DNA from: Desulfobacteraceae bacterium
GTDB taxonomy: Bacteria > Desulfobacterota > Desulfobulbia > Desulfobulbales > Desulfobulbaceae
DNA length: 63,161 nt
Direction: 5' to 3'
NCBI GenBank assembly: GCA_011372855.1
Contig: DSAE01000177.1
Span: 1-63,161, forward strand
The position numbers were made by a program, and so were the translations under genes. Below are positions 39,089 through 50,284 of the stretch, piece by piece. The notes beneath the pieces were generated by a model. That model was not told the origin of the DNA. It saw only the letters and a program-made list of their open reading frames with translations, and made no database searches. The stretch's first letter is position 1. Each line of letters begins with the position of its first letter.

Positions 39089-40123
39089 ATGCGATACGAA
39101 CATGTCTGTCTCAACAGCTTCGGATATGAACTGCCTCCCAATGAGGTGGGTTCCGCCCGGCTCGAGGAGCGGCTGCTGCCGCTCTATCAGCGCTTGAAAC
39201 TGCCGCCGGGCCGTCTGGAACTGATGAGCGGCATTGCCGCCCGGCGCTTCTGGCACGCGGGAATGCGGCCGAGCGCGGCCGCGGCCCTGGCCGGCGCCAA
39301 AGCCATCAAGGCTTCCGGCGTCGATCCGGCAACAATCGACTGCCTTCTTTTTACCTCCGTCTCCCGGGACATGCTGGAACCGGCGAGCGCCTCGTTCGTC
39401 CACCGCACCCTTGGCATTGCGCAGCGGTGCCAGGTCTTTGACATCTCCAATGCCTGCCTGGGCTTTCTCAACGGCATGATCGTGCTGGCCAACATGATTG
39501 AACTGGGACAGGCGCGGCGCGGTCTTATCGTTGCCGGGGAAACCGCGGAAGATCTTGTTGATTCGACGATCCGTCATCTGCTGGACGACCGGACCCTGAC
39601 CCGCAGGGACATCAAGCCGCTGTTCGCCTCGCTGACCATCGGCTCCGGGGCCGTGGCCCTGGTCATGGAGGACCGCCGGCTCAATGACACCGGCCATTAT
39701 CTGGCCGGGAGCGCCTGCTATGCCAACACAACCCACAACGATCTCTGCCAGGGCGGGCAGAATGCCGAGCAGGGGACCCTGATGTCCACCGCCTCCGAGG
39801 AGCTTCTTGCCCGGGGAGTTGAAACCGCCGCCCGATGCTGGAGTGATTTTCTCGCCGCACTTCGGTGGGAGAAAGAGTCCATTGACCGTTTTTTCTGCCA
39901 TCAGGTCGGCAGGGCCCATGCCCAGCTTCTGTTTCAGACCCTGGCCATCGATCCCGCCAGAAATTATGAGACCCTCGCCATGCTGGGGAATGTCGGTTCG
40001 GTCTCCGCGCCCATCACCATGGCCATGGGGATCGACAACGGCGCCCTCCGCCCCGGGGAAAGGGCCGCCCTTCTGGGGATAGGCAGCGGCATCAATTCGC
40101 TTATGCTGGGCATCGAATGGTAA
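39089..40123 (+). CDS. oleA: OleA, FabH-like thiolase for head-to-head acyl condensation
   Basis: Thiolase-fold KAS III pattern with active-site Cys (FDISNACLGFLNG), His (FFCHQVGRAH) and Asn (LGNVGSVSAP). It is the first gene of an A-B-C-D set. Confidence 0.8.
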   Translation: MRYEHVCLNSFGYELPPNEVGSARLEERLLPLYQRLKLPPGRLELMSGIAARRFWHAGMRPSAAAALAGAKAIKASGVDPATIDCLLFTSVSRDMLEPASASFVHRTLGIAQRCQVFDISNACLGFLNGMIVLANMIELGQARRGLIVAGETAEDLVDSTIRHLLDDRTLTRRDIKPLFASLTIGSGAVALVMEDRRLNDTGHYLAGSACYANTTHNDLCQGGQNAEQGTLMSTASEELLARGVETAARCWSDFLAALRWEKESIDRFFCHQVGRAHAQLLFQTLAIDPARNYETLAMLGNVGSVSAPITMAMGIDNGALRPGERAALLGIGSGINSLMLGIEW

Positions 40124-41004
40124 TGCCGGGCCATCCCCATCTTTTTCAGTATCCCTTTGAACCGGGAAGCCGCCTGCTGGGGAACGGGCACCGTATGAGC
40201 TATGTCGACGAGGGGCGGGGCAACCCGGTGGTCTTGCTCCATGGCAACCCGAGCTGGTCCTATCTGTACCGGAACCTCATATCCCTGCTCAGCCGTTCGC
40301 ACCGGTGCATCGCCCCGGATCACCTGGGCTGCGGCCTGTCCGACAAGCCGCAGGATTACCCGTACCGTCTGGCCGACCATATCGACAACCTGGAGGATTT
40401 TCTGGAACAGATGGCTGTCGGGGGCTGCGTCCTGGTGATGCATGACTGGGGGGGCGCCATCGGCATGGGCTGGGCCGCCAGGCATGTTGAAAAAATTGCC
40501 GGGCTGGTTGTGATGAACACCGCCGCCTTCAGGTCGCGTCTGCTGCCGCGGCGGATAGCGGTCTGCCGCCTGCCGGTGCTCGGGGCCTTCCTGGTTCGCG
40601 GCCTCAACCTTTTCGCCCGCGGGGCCACGGTTATGGCCGTGCGGAAAAAAATGGCTCCGGGCGTCAGGTCCGGTTTTCTCTTTCCCTACGATTCCTGGGC
40701 CAGCAGGATTGCACTGCATCGCTTTGTCCAGGACATTCCGCTCAACGAGGGCCATCCTTCCTGGCCGACGCTGCTGCGGGTGGAGGAAGGCCTGGGGACG
40801 CTGGCCGGCAAGCCCATGCTTATCTGCTGGGGAGGCCGGGATTTCTGTTTCACCGAGGCCTTTTACCACGAATGGCGGCAGCGCTACCCCGATGCCGAGG
40901 GCCACTATTTTGCCCAGGCCGGACATTACCTGCTCGAAGATGAACTCAACGAAGTGGGCGGCAGGATAAACCGTTTTCTCAAGACCATCGGCTGGACGGC
41001 ATGA
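40117..41004 (+). CDS. oleB: OleB, alpha/beta hydrolase (haloalkane dehalogenase-like beta-lactone decarboxylase)
   Basis: LLHGNPSWSYLYRN and MHDWGGAIG (nucleophile elbow with Asp). Overlaps the oleA stop. Confidence 0.8.
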   Translation: MVMPGHPHLFQYPFEPGSRLLGNGHRMSYVDEGRGNPVVLLHGNPSWSYLYRNLISLLSRSHRCIAPDHLGCGLSDKPQDYPYRLADHIDNLEDFLEQMAVGGCVLVMHDWGGAIGMGWAARHVEKIAGLVVMNTAAFRSRLLPRRIAVCRLPVLGAFLVRGLNLFARGATVMAVRKKMAPGVRSGFLFPYDSWASRIALHRFVQDIPLNEGHPSWPTLLRVEEGLGTLAGKPMLICWGGRDFCFTEAFYHEWRQRYPDAEGHYFAQAGHYLLEDELNEVGGRINRFLKTIGWTA

Positions 41005-42650
41005 ACGGCGACAGGCAATCCATTGATTACAATATCGCCCTGGCACTGGAGGAGGCCGCAGCCCCCCGGACCGCCAAGGCAGCCCTGGTCATGGGCAGGG
41101 ACGGCAGCTATGGGAGCTGGACCTTCGGAGAACTGAGGGAAAATACCGTCACCTATGCGGCTGCCCTCGGGGAGGCGGGGGTCAGGCAGGGACAACGGGT
41201 CATGCTCATGGTCCGGCCGTCAATGGAGTTTGTCTGCCTCACCTTTGCCCTTTTTCGCCTGGGCGCGACGGTCATTCTCATCGATCCGGGCATGGGCTAT
41301 CGCAATCTGGTGCGCTGCGTGGGCCGCGTCCGGCCAGACTCGCTGGTCGCCATACCCCTTGTCCATCTGTTGAGCAGGATATTTCCTCAACCGTTCAGCA
41401 CTGTCCGGATCAGGGTCTGCGTGGGCCGGTCATTCCCCGGTTCGGGCCCATCCCTGCGCAGGCTGGAGGCCCTCGCACCACGCGGAGAAACCACCCGTTT
41501 CGCTGCGGGCCGGGACGATCTTGCGGCGATCATTTTCACCACCGGTTCAACCGGTCCCCCGAAAGGGGTCAGGTATACGCATGGCATATTCCATGCCCAG
41601 TTGCGGCTGATCAGGGAGTATTACCGCATCGGCCCGGGCGAGGTGGATCAGCCCTGTTTTCCTCTTTTCGCCCTGTTTTCCACCGCCCTCGGGGCAAGGG
41701 CCGTCATTCCGGAAATGAACCCCGCCAAACCCGCCCGGGTAAACCCGCGCCTGTTTGTCCGCTCGATTCTTGACCAGGGAGTGACCTATTCGTTCGGTTC
41801 TCCCGCAATATGGGAGGTGGTCAGCCGCTACTGTCTCGAGCATGACATTGTTTTGCCGGTGCGGAAAATACTGATGGCCGGGGCCCCGGTTTCCGGCGCC
41901 CTGGTTGAGCGGGTCAGCCGCATCATGGACCCCCGCGGGGAAATACATACCCCGTACGGCGCCACCGAATGTCTGCCGGTGGCCTCCGTTTCCGGCAGGG
42001 AGATCCTTGGCGAAACGTGGGATCGTACCAGGCAGGGTGGAGGAGTCTGCGTCGGCCGGCCCCTGCCGGGCATCGAGGTCAGGATCATCCGGCCGGAAGA
42101 CGGCCCCATCCGGTCGTGGCGGGAGGCCTGGGAACTGCCTGCCGGCGAAATCGGGGAGATCGTTGTCAAGGGGCCGGTCGTGACCGAGGTCTACGATCAT
42201 GACGACCGGGAGACCCTGCTGGCCAAGATCAGGGACAAGAAGGGCTTCTGGCACCGGATGGGAGACATGGGCTATCTCGACGATGAGGGCAGGTTATGGT
42301 TCTGCGGCCGCAAGGCCCACCGGGTCAGGACGGAGCAGGGGGTCATGTACACCATTCCCTGTGAAGCCATTTTCAATGAACATCCCGAGGTCCGGCGTTC
42401 CGCTCTCGTCGGCGTGGGCAAGGAAGGCGCGCAGCGGCCGGTGCTGGCCGTCGAGCTCGCCGAAGGAAAAAAAAGAACCGACAGACTGGTGGCCGAACTG
42501 CGCGCGTTGGCCCTGGACAACGATTTGACAAGATCCATTGAGACGTTTCTGGTGCATCCGTCTTTTCCCGTGGATATCCGCCACAATGCCAAGATATTCC
42601 GCGAACGGCTGGCCCTCTGGGCCGAGGATCAGCTTCAGGCGCAGGGCTGA
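41001..42650 (+). CDS. oleC: OleC, AMP-dependent synthetase/ligase-fold beta-lactone synthetase
   Basis: ANL-superfamily motifs: IIFTTGSTGPPKGV, TPYGATE, MGDMGYLDDEGRLWFCGRK. ATGA overlap with oleB. Confidence 0.8.
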   Translation: MNGDRQSIDYNIALALEEAAAPRTAKAALVMGRDGSYGSWTFGELRENTVTYAAALGEAGVRQGQRVMLMVRPSMEFVCLTFALFRLGATVILIDPGMGYRNLVRCVGRVRPDSLVAIPLVHLLSRIFPQPFSTVRIRVCVGRSFPGSGPSLRRLEALAPRGETTRFAAGRDDLAAIIFTTGSTGPPKGVRYTHGIFHAQLRLIREYYRIGPGEVDQPCFPLFALFSTALGARAVIPEMNPAKPARVNPRLFVRSILDQGVTYSFGSPAIWEVVSRYCLEHDIVLPVRKILMAGAPVSGALVERVSRIMDPRGEIHTPYGATECLPVASVSGREILGETWDRTRQGGGVCVGRPLPGIEVRIIRPEDGPIRSWREAWELPAGEIGEIVVKGPVVTEVYDHDDRETLLAKIRDKKGFWHRMGDMGYLDDEGRLWFCGRKAHRVRTEQGVMYTIPCEAIFNEHPEVRRSALVGVGKEGAQRPVLAVELAEGKKRTDRLVAELRALALDNDLTRSIETFLVHPSFPVDIRHNAKIFRERLALWAEDQLQAQG

Positions 42651-42770
42651 GGGCCGTTCGGATGTGCCGGGTCGGCACGGTGACAGCGGAAAGCACAAAC
42701 GGAGGGCGGGAGCCCCGCCCGGCCTGGCCGCGGAGAGGCCGGTTTTCCGCAGCAGTTGGGGAGGTGACAG

Positions 42771-43802
42771 GTGCGTAAGGTTCTGGTTACCGGCGGCGGA
42801 GGTTTCGTCGGGCTGGCTGTCGTTGCCAGGCTGGCGGCCGAAAAGGTGGAGACAACCGTCGTCGGCCGGCACCACTACAGGGCTGCGGAAGCGCTTGGCG
42901 CCCGCTGCCTGGTCGGCGACATCCGGGACCCCCATTTCATGGACCGGGCAACGGCCGGCTGCGACACGGTGTTTCATGTCGCTGCCAAGGCCGGTATCTG
43001 GGGGAGCCGGAACGATTACTTTTCCATCAATGTCGGCGGGACGGAGAACGTGATAAGCGCCTGCCGCAAGCACGGGGTTCGGTCGCTGATCCATACCAGT
43101 ACGCCGAGCGTTGTTTTTGACGGCAGGTCCATCGAAGGGGGGGACGAAAGTCTGCCGTACAGCCGAAAACCCCTCTGTCATTACGCGGCGTCCAAGATCG
43201 TGGCGGAACAGAAGGTCCTGGCCGCCAACGGCGATGGTCTCAGAACCGTTGCCCTGCGTCCCCATCTGGTCTGGGGGCCGCAGGACACCCAGATCATTCC
43301 CCGGCTCCTTGAGCGGGGCCGGCGCGGTACCCTGCGCATGGTCGGCGGCGGCGGCAACCGGGTCGATATTTCCTACATAGACAATGTTGCCGCAGCCCAT
43401 ATCCTGGCGGCCAGGAACCTTGAGGAGTCGGGTTCCGCCGCCGGGCAGCCGTTTTTCATCTCCCAGGGGGAGCCGGTGGTGCTGTGGGGGTGGATCAACG
43501 AATTGTTTGACAGGGTGGGCATCCCGAGGGTCAGGAAAGAAATTTCGTTCCGCACGGCCTACCGGCTCGGCTGGCTGTTCGAAAAACTGTTCACCCTGCT
43601 GCGCCTGGAAAACGAACCGCAAATGACGCGGTTCCTGGCCGAACAACTGGCCGAATCCCACTGGTTCTCCATAGAAAGGGCGAGACTGGTACTGGCCTAC
43701 CGCCCGGAGGTGCCGACAGGGGAGGGGGTGGACCGCCTTGTTCGCTGGCTCGAAACCTCGGTCGGCGCGGAGAAAGAACAGCCTCGTTCTTTTTTTTCCT
43801 GA
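42771..43802 (+). CDS. oleD: OleD, NAD(P)-dependent 3beta-HSD/epimerase-family reductase
   Basis: GTG start after GGGGAGG. VLVTGGGGFVG Rossmann motif and YAASK catalytic dyad. 343 aa. Confidence 0.8.
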   Translation: MRKVLVTGGGGFVGLAVVARLAAEKVETTVVGRHHYRAAEALGARCLVGDIRDPHFMDRATAGCDTVFHVAAKAGIWGSRNDYFSINVGGTENVISACRKHGVRSLIHTSTPSVVFDGRSIEGGDESLPYSRKPLCHYAASKIVAEQKVLAANGDGLRTVALRPHLVWGPQDTQIIPRLLERGRRGTLRMVGGGGNRVDISYIDNVAAAHILAARNLEESGSAAGQPFFISQGEPVVLWGWINELFDRVGIPRVRKEISFRTAYRLGWLFEKLFTLLRLENEPQMTRFLAEQLAESHWFSIERARLVLAYRPEVPTGEGVDRLVRWLETSVGAEKEQPRSFFS

Positions 43803-43957
43803 AAGGATAAGTTCAAGGGAAAAGACTTTCGGATTTATGAAAAAAACTATTTGACAGCTTGTTATTTTTTCAGTAGTTATGCAGTTCGGAAGCTGAATCC
43901 TCATTCACTTTATTCTCTGGCCGGCAAATTTTTATTCAGTGATCAGGAGTAGTTGAG

Positions 43958-44389
43958 ATGATTACCATTGATATCACTATGTTCATTCACATTGTCAACA
44001 TGATTGTGTTGATGATTGTACTCAACGCGATTCTCTACAAACCCGTCCAATCCATACTGCGCAAGCGCCAGGAAAAACTGGAGACCCTCAGCAAGGACGT
44101 GGAGCAGTTCGAGGAAAATGCCCGTCACCGCCAGCAGGAAGTGGATAAGAAGATGAGGGAGGCCAGCGCCAGGGCCAAGCAGGCCCTGGACGGCGCCCGC
44201 AGCGAAGCCCAGGCGGCGGGAACCGTGCAGCTCGAAGCCGTTCGTTCCGAGGCGGAAGGCGAAAAGAAGAAACGACAGGCTGAAATTCATTCGCAGATCG
44301 AGGCCGCCCAGAAGGAACTCCGGGAGGCCACGTCCGAATTTGCCAATCAGATGGCAGGAAAGATTCTTGGAAGGAGTCTGGAAGCATGA
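43958..44389 (+). CDS. atpF2: F0F1 ATP synthase subunit b' (second b-type stalk subunit)
   Basis: Single N-terminal TM helix followed by a long charged coiled coil. First gene of the F1/stalk operon. Confidence 0.8.
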   Translation: MITIDITMFIHIVNMIVLMIVLNAILYKPVQSILRKRQEKLETLSKDVEQFEENARHRQQEVDKKMREASARAKQALDGARSEAQAAGTVQLEAVRSEAEGEKKKRQAEIHSQIEAAQKELREATSEFANQMAGKILGRSLEA

Positions 44390-45081
44390 GGCTGAAAGTG
44401 ACAAAATTCGTTTTTCCGCTGATGTTGGTCTTTGTGCTGGGCGGCATGCCTTTTTTGGCGGCCGTTTCCCAGGATGGCGGCGTTTCGTATGCCGCGGAAA
44501 CCGCAACCGTTGATGCCGGGCACGGTGTTGAAGCCGCGGTGGAGGGCCATGGCTCCGAAGACGCCCACGGCTCGGCCCATGGAGCGAAAAGCATCACGCC
44601 GGCCAAGCTGAAGGATCTCTTCTGGCGGACGGTCAATTTCATCGCCCTGCTCGTCATTCTCATCAAATTTCTGGCCAAGCCCATCGGCAATGCCATCGCC
44701 GGTCGGCAGCAGCAGGTCGTTGACGAACTGAAAACCCTGCAGGCCAAGCGGGACGCCGCCGAGCGTTCCTATAAGGAATTTGAGTCCCGGCTGGCAGGCA
44801 TGGAAAAAGAAATGGAAGTCGTGGTTCAGCGCGCCATAGCCCAGGCGGAGAACGAAAAGGCGAAAATCCTCCAGGATGCCGAAAAGGCCGCCGAGGATTT
44901 CAAGCGCCAGGCGGAAGCGGCGATCCAGGCTGAGATCGTCGAGGCCAAGCGCGCTCTGCGCGACGATATTGCCGATCAGGCGGCGGCCATGGCGGAAGAG
45001 TTGATCATTAAGAACCTGACACCGGAAGATCAGGTGAAGATAACCGAACAGTATCTTGACAGGATAGGTGCAGTACAGTGA
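44386..45081 (+). CDS. atpF: F0F1 ATP synthase subunit b, with N-terminal extension
   Basis: A b-type TM helix plus coiled coil, preceded by an extra hydrophobic segment and a His/Gly/Ala-rich stretch (GHGVEAAVEGHGSEDAHGSAHG). Confidence 0.8.
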   Translation: MRLKVTKFVFPLMLVFVLGGMPFLAAVSQDGGVSYAAETATVDAGHGVEAAVEGHGSEDAHGSAHGAKSITPAKLKDLFWRTVNFIALLVILIKFLAKPIGNAIAGRQQQVVDELKTLQAKRDAAERSYKEFESRLAGMEKEMEVVVQRAIAQAENEKAKILQDAEKAAEDFKRQAEAAIQAEIVEAKRALRDDIADQAAAMAEELIIKNLTPEDQVKITEQYLDRIGAVQ

Positions 45082-45623
45082 GACAGACAATTTTAGCCAG
45101 AAGGTATGCCAAGGCCCTTTTCTCACTTGGCAAGCAGCAGGACAACTACGAGGCATACAATGAGGTGCTCACGGCCATCGCCGATCTGATGAACGAGAGC
45201 CCGGAGGTTGGCGATTCGCTCACCAATCCCCTGTATCCTCTGGAAGCCCGCAAGAAAATCATGGCCAAGATCGCCTCCCTGGTCAAGGGGGACGCAATTC
45301 TCACCGCTTTTCTCAATCTCCTGGTGGAAAGGCAGCGGGCGGCCATCCTGCCGGATATCGCCCAGGAGATGCAGGTCATGGTCGACCATGAGCAGAACAT
45401 CAGCCACGGGACCCTGATCTCCGCCATTGAGCTGGACAGCGCCCTGCAGGAAAAAATTCAGGCAACGCTGGAAAAAATAACCGGAACCAAGGTAATCCTT
45501 GAATCACAGGTTGATCCTTCCATAATCGGCGGCATCATCGCCAAGGTCGGAGACCTGGTTGTCGATGGAAGCATACGAACGCAACTTAACGGCTTAAAAG
45601 ATTCTATCAAGGGGAGAGAGTAG
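45078..45623 (+). CDS. atpH: F0F1 ATP synthase subunit delta (OSCP)
   Basis: 181 aa. RYAKALF at the N-terminus and [18 protein letters not shown] at the C-terminus. Confidence 0.9.
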   Translation: MRQTILARRYAKALFSLGKQQDNYEAYNEVLTAIADLMNESPEVGDSLTNPLYPLEARKKIMAKIASLVKGDAILTAFLNLLVERQRAAILPDIAQEMQVMVDHEQNISHGTLISAIELDSALQEKIQATLEKITGTKVILESQVDPSIIGGIIAKVGDLVVDGSIRTQLNGLKDSIKGRE

Positions 45624-45627
45624 TCAA

Positions 45628-47151
45628 ATGCAGATCAAAGCCTCAGAAATCAGTCAGATCATTAAGGATCAAATTGCGGGCTACCAGAGAGATGTCGACC
45701 TGAAAGAGACGGGAACGGTTCTCTCGGTCGGTGACGGTATCGCTCGTGTCTACGGTGTTGAAAACTGCCAGGCCATGGAACTTCTCGAGTTCCCGGGCGG
45801 CATTTTCGGCCTGGCCTTGAACCTTGAAGAGGACAACGTCGGCTGCGCAGTTCTGGGCGACGTCCGTTATATCAAGGAAGGCGATATAGTCAAGCGCACC
45901 GGCAGGATTGCCGAAGTTCCCGTGGGACCGGAAATGGAAGGCCGGGTCGTTGACGGCATCGGCCAGCCCATCGACGGCAAGGGCCCCATCAACGCCAAGG
46001 AGACCCGCAAGATCGAAGTAATCGCTCCCGGTGTTATTGCCAGAAAGAGCGTTCACGAGCCGTGCTATACCGGTCTGAAAGCCATCGATGCCATGACCCC
46101 GGTCGGCCGCGGTCAGCGTGAGCTGATCATCGGCGACCGGCAGATCGGCAAGACGGCTGTCTGCATCGATGCGATCATTGCCCAGAAGGATACGGACGTG
46201 CACTGCATATACGTCGCCATCGGCCAGAAAAAATCAACCGTGGCCCTGGTTGTCGAGGCTCTGCGGAAGCACGGCGCAATGGATTATACCACCGTTGTCG
46301 CGGCCTGCGCCTCCGACCCTGCACCGATGCAGTATGTCTCCGCCTATTCCGGCTGCTCGATGGGTGAGTATTTCAGGGATAACGGCCAGCATGCCCTGAT
46401 CATTTATGACGATCTTTCCAAGCAGGCTGTTTCCTATCGCGAGCTTTCCCTGCTCCTGCGCCGGCCTCCCGGACGCGAGGCCTATCCCGGCGATATCTTC
46501 TTCAACCATTCGCGACTGCTCGAGCGGGCATCCAAACTCAATGACGAGCTTGGTGCCGGCTCCCTGACCGCCCTGCCCATCATCGAAACGCAGGCCGGTG
46601 ACGTTTCCGCCTACATCCCGACCAACGTTATTTCCATCACAGACGGCCAGGTCTATCTGGAGCCGGCTCTCTTTTTTGCCGGCGTCCGTCCGGCGATCAA
46701 CGTCGGTCTCTCCGTTTCCCGGGTCGGCGGCGCGGCCCAGGTCAAGGCCATGAAGCAGGTGGCCGGCACCCTGCGCCTTGATCTGGCACAATATCGCGAG
46801 CTCGCGGCATTTGCCGGTTTCGGCTCCGATCTCGACGCCGCGACCCAGGCCCAACTGACCCGCGGCGAGCGCCTGGTGGAAATCCTCAAGCAGCCGCAGT
46901 ATCAGCCGCTGCCGATGGAAAAACAGGTTACCATCCTCTTTGCCGGTGCCAAGGGCTTCCTGGATGAACTTCCTGTCGATGCTCTGGCGGATTATGAAAA
47001 GGAGCTGTACACGTATATCGAATCCAACGAACCGTCCATTTTTTCCGAGTTGACGGAAAAGAAAGAAATCTCCTCCTCCCTGGAGGAGAAGATGAAAAAG
47101 ACCATGACCACCTTTGGGGAAACCTTCAAGGCGACAAAGGGACTCAACTAA
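45628..47151 (+). CDS. atpA: F0F1 ATP synthase subunit alpha
   Basis: GDRQIGKT Walker A, 507 aa, canonical alpha-subunit sequence. Confidence 0.97.
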   Translation: MQIKASEISQIIKDQIAGYQRDVDLKETGTVLSVGDGIARVYGVENCQAMELLEFPGGIFGLALNLEEDNVGCAVLGDVRYIKEGDIVKRTGRIAEVPVGPEMEGRVVDGIGQPIDGKGPINAKETRKIEVIAPGVIARKSVHEPCYTGLKAIDAMTPVGRGQRELIIGDRQIGKTAVCIDAIIAQKDTDVHCIYVAIGQKKSTVALVVEALRKHGAMDYTTVVAACASDPAPMQYVSAYSGCSMGEYFRDNGQHALIIYDDLSKQAVSYRELSLLLRRPPGREAYPGDIFFNHSRLLERASKLNDELGAGSLTALPIIETQAGDVSAYIPTNVISITDGQVYLEPALFFAGVRPAINVGLSVSRVGGAAQVKAMKQVAGTLRLDLAQYRELAAFAGFGSDLDAATQAQLTRGERLVEILKQPQYQPLPMEKQVTILFAGAKGFLDELPVDALADYEKELYTYIESNEPSIFSELTEKKEISSSLEEKMKKTMTTFGETFKATKGLN

Positions 47152-47169
47152 ACAGAAGGAGAGTACCCC

Positions 47170-48051
47170 ATGCCCGCATTAAAGGACGTTAAAAATAAAA
47201 TTCAGGGTGTCAAGAAGACCGCGCAGATCACCAAGGCGATGAACATGGTCGCCTCGGCCAAGCTGCGCGGCGCCCAGGAAAAAATGGAGCGGTTCAGGCC
47301 ATACAGCCAGAAGTTTGCGGCGGCAATGAGCAACCTCTCCGGCAATATCGAGAGCGGCAATCTCCCCTTGATGGAGATCCGCGCCGTGCAGTCGGCGGAA
47401 ATTGTCGTGGTGACATCGGACCGCGGCCTGTGCGGCAGCTTTAATGCCAACATCATCTCCACCGCGGAAAAACTGATGAGACAGTATGAAGCTGAAGGGA
47501 AAAAGGTCAGCTTTGTCTGCATCGGTAAGAAAGCGCATCGTTATTTCCGCAAGACCGGTAAGGTCCGGTCGTCCTATTCCGACATCATGGGGACGTTCCA
47601 AATGTTCAACGCCCGCGAAATCGCCATGGATGTCGCCGAGAATTTCATGGTCGGAGGGAGCGACGAGGTCAGGATCGTGTACGGCAAGTTTTATTCCGTG
47701 GCCATTCAGAGACCGGAAGTCGAAGACCTGCTGCCGATCAAACCTCTTTCCCCGGCCGAAGGGGCTGTGAAGGAAGCGGCGAAAGTCAGCGGTGCCTACA
47801 CCTATGAGCCGGAGCCGGGGGAGATTATGGAAGTTCTCCTGCCCCTCTACCTCAATGTGCAGGTATATCATGTCATGCTGGAGGTAGGGGCGAGCGAGCA
47901 TGCCGCGCGAATGACCGCCATGGACAATGCGACCAACGCCTGCAAGGACATAATACATGATCTGACCCAGCTGTATAATAAAGCGCGTCAGTCTGCGATT
48001 ACCAGCGAACTGATGGACATAGTCGGCGGTGCCGAGGCATTGAAAGGATAA
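47170..48051 (+). CDS. atpG: F0F1 ATP synthase subunit gamma
   Basis: MPALKDVKNKIQGVKKTAQITKAMNMVASAKLR at the N-terminus and ITSELMDIVGGAEAL at the C-terminus. Confidence 0.95.
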   Translation: MPALKDVKNKIQGVKKTAQITKAMNMVASAKLRGAQEKMERFRPYSQKFAAAMSNLSGNIESGNLPLMEIRAVQSAEIVVVTSDRGLCGSFNANIISTAEKLMRQYEAEGKKVSFVCIGKKAHRYFRKTGKVRSSYSDIMGTFQMFNAREIAMDVAENFMVGGSDEVRIVYGKFYSVAIQRPEVEDLLPIKPLSPAEGAVKEAAKVSGAYTYEPEPGEIMEVLLPLYLNVQVYHVMLEVGASEHAARMTAMDNATNACKDIIHDLTQLYNKARQSAITSELMDIVGGAEALKG

Positions 48052-48080
48052 TTACACTGTACGGGTACATATTTTATTGA

Positions 48081-49520
<1,440 letters not shown>

Positions 49521-49553
49521 CAACATGGTTTGAGTCCCAGCTGAGGAAAAAGT

Positions 49554-49973
49554 ATGGCACAGATTCATCTTGAAGTCGTCACCCCATCCGGACCGGTTGT
49601 CAGTGATGATGTCGATATTGTAACCGCGCCGGGCTATGCCGGAGAATTCGGTGTCCTTGCCAATCACGCAATGTTTCTCAGTACCATCAAAACCGGTACC
49701 CTGACATTCAAGAAGGACAAGCAGACCAGATACCTGATGGTCAGCGGTGGATTTTCGGAAGTGTCCAATAACAAGATCACTTTTCTGGTGGAAAGTGCTG
49801 AGTACGGCCAGGACATTGATGTTGACCGGGCCATGCGGGCCAAGGAAAGGGCGGAGAAACGCCTTGCCCAGGCAATCCAGAAAACCGAGCAGATCAACAG
49901 AACCCGGGCCGAGGCTGCATTGCAGAGAGCTCTGGCCAGGTTGAAAACAGCCGAACAGGCTCGCCGACAGTAA
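49554..49973 (+). CDS. atpC: F0F1 ATP synthase subunit epsilon
   Basis: 139 aa. Beta-sandwich N-terminus ([10 protein letters not shown]) plus a helical hairpin. Confidence 0.9.
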   Translation: MAQIHLEVVTPSGPVVSDDVDIVTAPGYAGEFGVLANHAMFLSTIKTGTLTFKKDKQTRYLMVSGGFSEVSNNKITFLVESAEYGQDIDVDRAMRAKERAEKRLAQAIQKTEQINRTRAEAALQRALARLKTAEQARRQ

Positions 49974-49992
49974 GCTTTTTTTATATTTTTCC

Positions 49993-50022
49993 AAAAAGCC
50001 GCCCTTCGGGGCGGTTTTTTTT
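49993..50022 (+). terminator. Intrinsic terminator of the atp operon
   Basis: AAAAAGCCGCCC-TTCG-GGGCGGTTTTTTTT. Confidence 0.85.
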
Positions 50023-50284
50023 GTACCCCGCGGGGGGCTCTTTTGAAGCCGTAAATCATTAGGGGTGATGACAGCCCATGCAGGTTGCCGGACATGAGGC
50101 GACCTGACGCTGGGGAACCGCCGCCAGGCAGGCCTTATGGCCGGCGGCGCCTGAATTGTCGGGCAGTTCGGTCGTCTGTTTCTTTGCCTGGTTGGAAAAA
50201 ATGTAGGGTTGGGCTTGGCAAACTTGTTCTATTCTGATACATATCAAAGATTTCTTGTACTCATAATGTGATCAAGGAGCAGCT

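Noticed and set aside
42294-43904. 536-aa minus-strand ORF across oleC/oleD
   Set aside because: It is antisense to two motif-bearing genes and crosses their intergenic spacer. Composition is typical of a shadow ORF.
50216-50230. Sigma-54-like TGGCAAACTTGTTCT upstream of the GltD-like gene
   Set aside because: The -24 element is acceptable, but the -12 position reads TTCT rather than TTGC, so the critical GC is missing.
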